Of a stretch of DNA of 64,000 nt, positions 59,014 to 64,000 are shown in pieces (the first letter of the stretch is position 1; each line of letters begins with the position of its first letter). The position numbers and the translations under genes are program-made. Source of the stretch: an uncultured Acidobacteriota bacterium (GTDB lineage: Bacteria; Acidobacteriota; Vicinamibacteria; Vicinamibacterales; 2-12-FULL-66-21). The notes beneath the pieces were generated by a model, which did no database searches, had not been told where the DNA came from, and worked only from the letters and a program-made list of their open reading frames with translations. The stretch covers positions 5,033 through 69,032 of the forward strand of contig CAWBCA010000012.1 in the NCBI GenBank assembly GCA_963787175.1, read 5' to 3'.

Positions 59014-60867
59014 TCATTCGAGCGTCATCTCGCGATCCAGGGCAGCGCACAGCGCCACGTACCCTGGGTGCGCATCAAGAGGAATGCGGTAAATCGGATC
59101 ACGGGTGATCTCCGCGGGTCGCAGACCCGGCCGCGCGCGCTCGATTGCCTCGAGCAGATCGACGGCGCGTTCCTTCGCGTTCCCCCAGGCAAACACCCGC
59201 GCCGCAATCGCCGCCGCGTATCGCCAGTGAATGAGGTTATTCGCGCGCTCAACCGCTGCTAACGCATGGCTGGCCGCGACGGTGGCCTCTCCATGGCGGC
59301 CGGTCATGAGCAGGCCCTCCGCCTCGAGCAGCTTCAAGTACCAATCGTTCCAGCGCGTCGGCCGCTCCTGGGCGACGAAGGCGAGCACCTGTTTGCCTGC
59401 CTGAGCAGCTGTCGCGTTGTCACCGACGAGGAGTGCGGCCCAGCCCCGGTACTCCGCAACTGGACGGGTCCCGACACAACACAGGGGCAGGCTGTTGAAT
59501 GTCCCGGCGCTGACCACGGCGCGGCGTTCGTTCTTCAGTAGCTCCAACAACTCGCGTTCGCGCCGCTCGTATCGGAGCAAGTCGAAGGACTCCAGCAGTT
59601 GCTGATCGGGCGTCAGGTTTGCGGCGGCACGCTCGAATGCCTCGCGCCACGGAGAGGTCCTTCCCGAATAGGCGAAGACCAGGCGGGCATGGGTCAGCTG
59701 GGCGAACGGTTCTCGGGGAAAGCGCTCACGCACCAGACGGCTCATTTGAAGCGCCTCGTCCGGTCGCCGGGCGAACGAGAGAAGAACCGCGGTCATGCTG
59801 ACGAGCACGAAATTGTCGGGGTCGAGCGCTGCCAGCCCGCGGTGCGCCGCAATGGACTCCTCGAGACGATTTACGACGACCTGCTGCATGGCGCGCGTTC
59901 GGAGCAACGTGGGATCGGACAGTCCGGATGCCTGCGCCTCGTCGAACCGCGCCATCGCCCGGACATGGTCCCGGCCGCCGATCGAGGCGTACATGGCGTC
60001 GACCCCGGTAAACATCGCGTCGCGCGCCCCCATGATGCGGGCGGCGTGCTGCAGGTCGCGCTGCATGTCTGCGAGTCTGGCCTCGGAGGCATCGACGTTG
60101 AAGACAATCGCCATGCCGGCGGCTGCGGCGCGCACGAGATAGGCAGCACCGAACTCCGGGTCGCGACCGATGGCGGCAGAGGCGTGCGCCAAAGAGCCAA
60201 GCCAGTCACCGTCACGGTAGGCGAGGCGTGCCTTCAAATACGCGTCGTACGCGGCGGGGTCTCGTGTTGGAGGTTCCACCGCGTGTGTCGAACCTCGCGA
60301 GGAGGGGATTTGCGAGCCGGTGTCGCGAGCCACCTCGACCTTCACGGACGCCAACCTGCTCGTCGCCGTCCAGGTGGACCCGACGAGCGTGAGCACCCCG
60401 ACGGCCAGCGTCGCGAGCGCAGCGCATCGCTTGGGGACAGACGGGGGATTCGCGAGCCCTGTCAGTGGCGCTGACACGTGATCGGGGCGATCCGTAGCGG
60501 TCGCCGCATCGCGACCCGCCGTGACGGCGCGCACCCCTTGCCCTTCGTGCTCCGACGGTGCCTGTCCCACGTAGCGGTATCCACGGCGCGGGATCGTTTC
60601 GATATACCGAGGGTCCTCCGCGTCGTCGCCGAGCGCGACGCGCAACTTCCGGATCACCGCGTTTAGGCCGGCTTCGTAGTCGACGACCGTGTCCGGCCAG
60701 AGGTCCTCGACCAGTTCCTCGCGAGCCACCAGCTCTCCAGAACGGCGAAGCAACAGCAAAAGAGCCCGAACCGCCTGAGTCTGGAGACGGCGTCGCGAGC
60801 CGTCGCGCCACAGCTCGCCGGTCGCCGGCAGCAACGTCCACCCGTCGAATTCGATGCGTGTCGCCAT
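59014..60867 (-). CDS. CadC/OmpR-type winged-helix transcriptional regulator with one TM and a C-terminal TPR-like domain
   Basis: N-terminus: FDGWTLLPATGELWRDGSRRRLQTQAVRALLLLLRRSGELVAREELVEDLWPD...IETIPRRGYRYVG. TM: AALATLAVGVLTLVG. Long helical-repeat C-terminus. Confidence 0.85.
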   Translation of the reverse strand: MATRIEFDGWTLLPATGELWRDGSRRRLQTQAVRALLLLLRRSGELVAREELVEDLWPDTVVDYEAGLNAVIRKLRVALGDDAEDPRYIETIPRRGYRYVGQAPSEHEGQGVRAVTAGRDAATATDRPDHVSAPLTGLANPPSVPKRCAALATLAVGVLTLVGSTWTATSRLASVKVEVARDTGSQIPSSRGSTHAVEPPTRDPAAYDAYLKARLAYRDGDWLGSLAHASAAIGRDPEFGAAYLVRAAAAGMAIVFNVDASEARLADMQRDLQHAARIMGARDAMFTGVDAMYASIGGRDHVRAMARFDEAQASGLSDPTLLRTRAMQQVVVNRLEESIAAHRGLAALDPDNFVLVSMTAVLLSFARRPDEALQMSRLVRERFPREPFAQLTHARLVFAYSGRTSPWREAFERAAANLTPDQQLLESFDLLRYERRERELLELLKNERRAVVSAGTFNSLPLCCVGTRPVAEYRGWAALLVGDNATAAQAGKQVLAFVAQERPTRWNDWYLKLLEAEGLLMTGRHGEATVAASHALAAVERANNLIHWRYAAAIAARVFAWGNAKERAVDLLEAIERARPGLRPAEITRDPIYRIPLDAHPGYVALCAALDREMTLE

Positions 60868-61090
60868 CGACCGCCTCCGCCTGAACGGTTCTCAAGCCAG
60901 GGAATGCCGGAATTACACCAGAGCGCCCCATGATCAGCAACAGATCAGCGCCAGATCAGACGCGTAACTTCGACTGCTGACGCGACGCAGCCTATCATCG
61001 CCCACGTTGGCATTCGGAAGGAGCGGCCGCCACGGCGGCTGGCGCTCACGAGTGTCGAACCGGACAATCACGATCGATAGGAGTGACGCG

Positions 61091-61588
61091 ATGAGAACTG
61101 CTTTTTGGATCTTCGCGGTCAGCGGCGCGCTGGCGCTCGGCATCGCGCCGGTGTCGCGTGCGGGCCAACCACCGGCCCCCACTTGTCGCCCTGAGTCCTT
61201 CGACCTTTTCCACAAGGAACTCATCGCTGCCCAAAATGCCTTTCAGCTCGGGAACGCCGAACCGCTGAAGGCCTTGTGGTCGAACGCTGAAGACGTGACT
61301 CTGATGGGGGCCTACGGAGGCCACGAGCGCGGATGGGATCTGGTGGGCGCGAGGCTCTCGCGTGTCTCCGGCATGGCTGGGAAGTCAAAGCACGACCCCG
61401 CCAAGGTTGTATCGAAGGTGATCGGGTCGAACGTGGCAGTGGTCGTCCAACTGGAGCACATCGTCACGCCCGACGCGCCTCCATCCGATCTTCGCGTCAC
61501 GCATGTGGCCCGCTGCGAGGGATCGAGCTGGCGAGTCGTACATCGCCACGCGGACCCCCTAGTGGAAACCACGATGCCGGCGAGATGA
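61091..61588 (+). CDS. secreted SnoaL/NTF2-like (DUF4440-type) protein
   Basis: ATG at 61091 after TAGGAG. Signal peptide MRTAFWIFAVSGALALGIAPVSRA. ..WSNAEDVTLMGAYGG...SWRVVHRHADP is typical of NTF2-like folds. Confidence 0.65.
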   Translation: MRTAFWIFAVSGALALGIAPVSRAGQPPAPTCRPESFDLFHKELIAAQNAFQLGNAEPLKALWSNAEDVTLMGAYGGHERGWDLVGARLSRVSGMAGKSKHDPAKVVSKVIGSNVAVVVQLEHIVTPDAPPSDLRVTHVARCEGSSWRVVHRHADPLVETTMPAR

Positions 61589-61843
61589 GCGCCATCGTAG
61601 CGGGCATGTTCAGGTACGTCAAGACGATGTCGGATGGGTCACGATGCACCAGCTCGAAGCCTCGTCACCGTCTGACGCATCCCGCGGGTCGACCATGGGT
61701 GTCCGGACGCGTAATAGGACTTGCGCGGCAACGCAGAGAGTCAAGATCGGGGGCATGCCTGAGTCCGAACGTGGTCCAAACGCGGCCGGACCCGAGGCAA
61801 AACGGGGGAGTCGACAGGCGGCTTGAAGATTCGAGACAGATAA

Positions 61844-62400
61844 CGCCCAAACACCACGGAAAACCGACCATCATCCTGGACCAGAGGACAAGGCCAGCGG
61901 CTCGCAGCACTCGCGGATGTCCACGATCCGGACATCATCCGTCATCTTCTCGCGACGGGCGTTACGGATCGGTGGACGTGCCTCGAGGTCGGCGGCGGCT
62001 TGGGCACGATCACCCGTTGGCTGTCGCAACGTGTGGGCTCGAGCGGTTACGTACTGACCACCGACATCGACACGCGGTGTCTCGAGACACTTGGCCTTGC
62101 CAACGTCAAGGTGCGACGCCACGACATCATCGCAGGCCCACTTCCCGACAGGACATTCGATCTCGCGTACGCCCGCCTCGTCCTCGAGCATCTGTCCAAC
62201 CCCGACGTGGCGCTCGATCGGATGACGGCGGCGATCAAGCCGGGCGGCTGGCTCGTGGTCGAAGACTTCGAGACCCTGCCTGCCATTCCCGGCTCCGAAG
62301 AACAGGCCAATCGCGTGTCCAGGACCACGGCGGCAATGCGACGAGTGGCGGCCGGCGCCGGCGCGCCGAAGCGACCGGATACGCTCGACCCACACGGGGA
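61844..62400 (+). pseudogene. class I SAM-dependent methyltransferase lacking an in-frame start (partial)
   Basis: ..RLAALADVHDPDIIRHLLATGVTDRWTCLEVGGGLGTITRWLSQRVGSSGYVLTTDID...AYARLVLEHLSNPDVALDRMTAAIKPGGWLVVEDF. The frame opens at 61844 with no ATG/GTG/TTG before the SAM motif. The 3' part overlaps unrelated minus-strand coding signal. Confidence 0.55.
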
Positions 62401-62779
62401 AGTCGTAATTGATCTTTACGGCGGTTCGCGCGGAGAAAGGGTTTCTGGAATGCAGGACGGCGCTGCAGGCGTCATACAAGAACGCGAAGTCGTCACGGGT
62501 GAGGTATCCATCCTTGAGGACGTTGTACCGCGCACGTTCCCTGCCTGACGCTTGCGGTACTGGCCCACGACCAGTGCTGCCCAGCCTCGCGGCAACGGCT
62601 CTTGGTCGCAGGCGATGACGTCGCTCGCCAAATGTTGCGCCATGAAGGCGGCGGTTCAAGAGACTGCTGTAGAGGGTTAGCCGGCACCAGGCGATCCAGA
62701 AGTTGACCGTAGGAACGTCCCAGGATCGTTCGCACCGTCGCAGCAAAAGGCCGGGACGAGACGGCGTTCGGTGCGCGGG

Positions 62780-63040
62780 GCGCACTGTATAGCCTGTTCG
62801 TCGCGAGCGCCCGGACGGAACAGGCTGAGGCCGACGCGAACGTGCGGTGGACGCGCGACTTCTGGAGGCGATGCGGCGGTTCGAGGGCGAGGCGGCCTAT
62901 GTCAACCACGTCGACGCTGACGAACAGGACCGAACCAGAGCCGTCTACGGCGGAGGTACGAACGGCTCGCCGCGCTAAAGAAGAAGTACGACCCGACCAA
63001 CTTCTGCCGCCTGAACCAGAACATCAAGTCGGCTGGCTGA
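62780..63040 (+). pseudogene. C-terminal fragment of an FAD-linked oxidase (BBE domain), frameshifted
   Basis: ..EADANVRWTRDFW..(shift)..FEGEAAYVNHVDADEQDR..AVYGG (shift) YERLAALKKKYDPTNFCRLNQNIKSAG*. No FAD-binding N-terminal part upstream. Confidence 0.6.
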
Positions 63041-63193
63041 CGGTGGCCATGTCCTCGCACCTCTGTCGAAGGGGCAACGCTGACCAGGGCCGAGGGCGCG
63101 TCATGCTAACCTCGAGACAGTCCTAATGCTTCCTTGTATCGTCAGCAGCGGCTAGCCGGATCTGGGCCTCCGCGTTAGGCCGCGGCGTTGCGT

Positions 63194-63864
63194 TCACAGC
63201 TTTTTCAAATCCTCGAGCGTCGCCCAAAATCGTTCGCCGTTCGCCCTTTGAACCCGGGACTGAGTGAATTGATTGCTGGGGAAACACTGCGCTCCCACAA
63301 CCGTGCCATCTCCCAATGCGCCCCTGACTCGATCTCCCATGCGAAGCTTGAAACAGCTCGAAACGCTCTCGGGACTGGAGACTGTGACCCAACGGGTGAT
63401 CCTCCCATGACACCCGCGCCAGCCGCGGTCATCACATAACTTGGATCGACCAGGTCGACTGAGAAGGGCCCGACACCGTGCACTTGAATGATCGTTTCCG
63501 TCTTTGAGAGGCAGTAGTGAGCCATCTTGCCCGGGACGAGACCGTACGCACCAACTTCGAGGGGCTCGACTGTTGGGAGGGCAATTCGTGAACCCATGCC
63601 GACACCCCAGCTTCCCTGAACGACAACGATGTTCTCGTCCGTGGGGTGAGTATGTGGTGCACATACATAGCCCGCGTCGTTATGGATCCGCAGCACGAAC
63701 GGCACACCCGGCTTGCTCGGATCACCGGCGAGTACATTGATCCACTGCTCTGATGGCATCGGTCTGAGAGGGACGACCTTATGCGATGCAGCCTGCTGCG
63801 CACTGACATTCGCGGCGACGGCCAGTGCCAGGATGGCCGAAGACAACGCGCGTGATCCGAGCAT
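63194..63864 (-). pseudogene. secreted cupin-domain protein, probable frameshift (~63410) as assembled
   Basis: Signal MLGSRALSSAILALAVAANVSAQ. Cupin: FVLRIHNDAGYVCAPHTHPTDENIVVVQGSWGVGMG. The more protein-like C-terminus (..FKLRMGDRVRGALGDGTVVGAQCFPSNQFTQSRVQRANGERFWATLEDLKKL*) is in the frame of ORF 63194..63664. Confidence 0.55.
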
Positions 63865-64000
63865 TAATCCTCTCCTTCACCCGCTTCGGCGGCGGTAGTT
63901 CATTGCTGGGTTACGTTGACAGCCTCACGCGTACCGCTTCACCGCGGCGGCTCAGGATCGCACCAGCGGCGGACGGCTGCAAGCGGCTGTCTGTTTAGGG

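Noticed and set aside
1-64000. CRISPR arrays, rRNA genes, intact tRNAs, prophage/integrase genes, and recognisable defence systems (RM, TA, CBASS, retron and the like).
   Set aside because: No regularly spaced repeats, no rRNA-like conserved stretches, and no recombinase, reverse transcriptase, nuclease or cyclase signatures were seen in any frame.

Overview
High-GC bacterial chromosomal window. An ADOP-type duplicated FtsX permease remnant and the general gene repertoire suggest an Acidobacteriota-like host, but this is inference only.

Gene content, left to right:
- SulP/STAS permease, cut at its 5' end by the window edge, followed by a few small hypotheticals.
- A translationally coupled ApbE-DoxX-Tat-Gfo/Idh/MocA cluster facing a c-type cytochrome.
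- A serine hydrolase and a tandem SRPBCC-like protein.
- A SERCA/CtpF-like P-type ATPase.
- BON-domain, PNPOx-fold and VIT proteins.
- A complete norCBQD nitric-oxide reductase cluster.
- A LysM-YkuD L,D-transpeptidase, a cupredoxin plus heme-c pair, and a flavodoxin.
- A ~17 kb block (29.8-46.6 kb) carrying six universal-stress-protein (USP) genes, PEP synthase, an NtrC-family sigma-54 activator, two PAS histidine kinases (one with a FixL-like heme-PAS), an Rv2004c-like APH/P-loop gene and a Zn-ADH.
- A Cys-pair repeat lipoprotein.
- A decayed second copy of part of the stress module: a truncated BON paralogue, a CBS pair, a 40-codon relic of the activator, and a GNAT/NDP-forming acyl-CoA synthetase.
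- A mosaic right end: tRNA-Ser and tRNA-Cys 3' remnants, a permease remnant, a multicopper oxidase, an ISL3 transposase, a CadC-like/TPR regulator and several gene fragments.

Main hunt result: the USP-rich block resembles the actinobacterial DosR/OsdR dormancy-hypoxia gene set. Here it appears wired to sigma-54. -24/-12 promoter-like motifs sit in front of several of its operons, next to an NtrC-type activator and a FixL-like O2-sensor kinase.

Second global feature: more than 30 reading-frame breaks. They are clustered in some genes and absent from neighbouring ones. There are also genuine truncations and relics that indel errors cannot explain.

No rRNA, intact tRNA or CRISPR array was seen.
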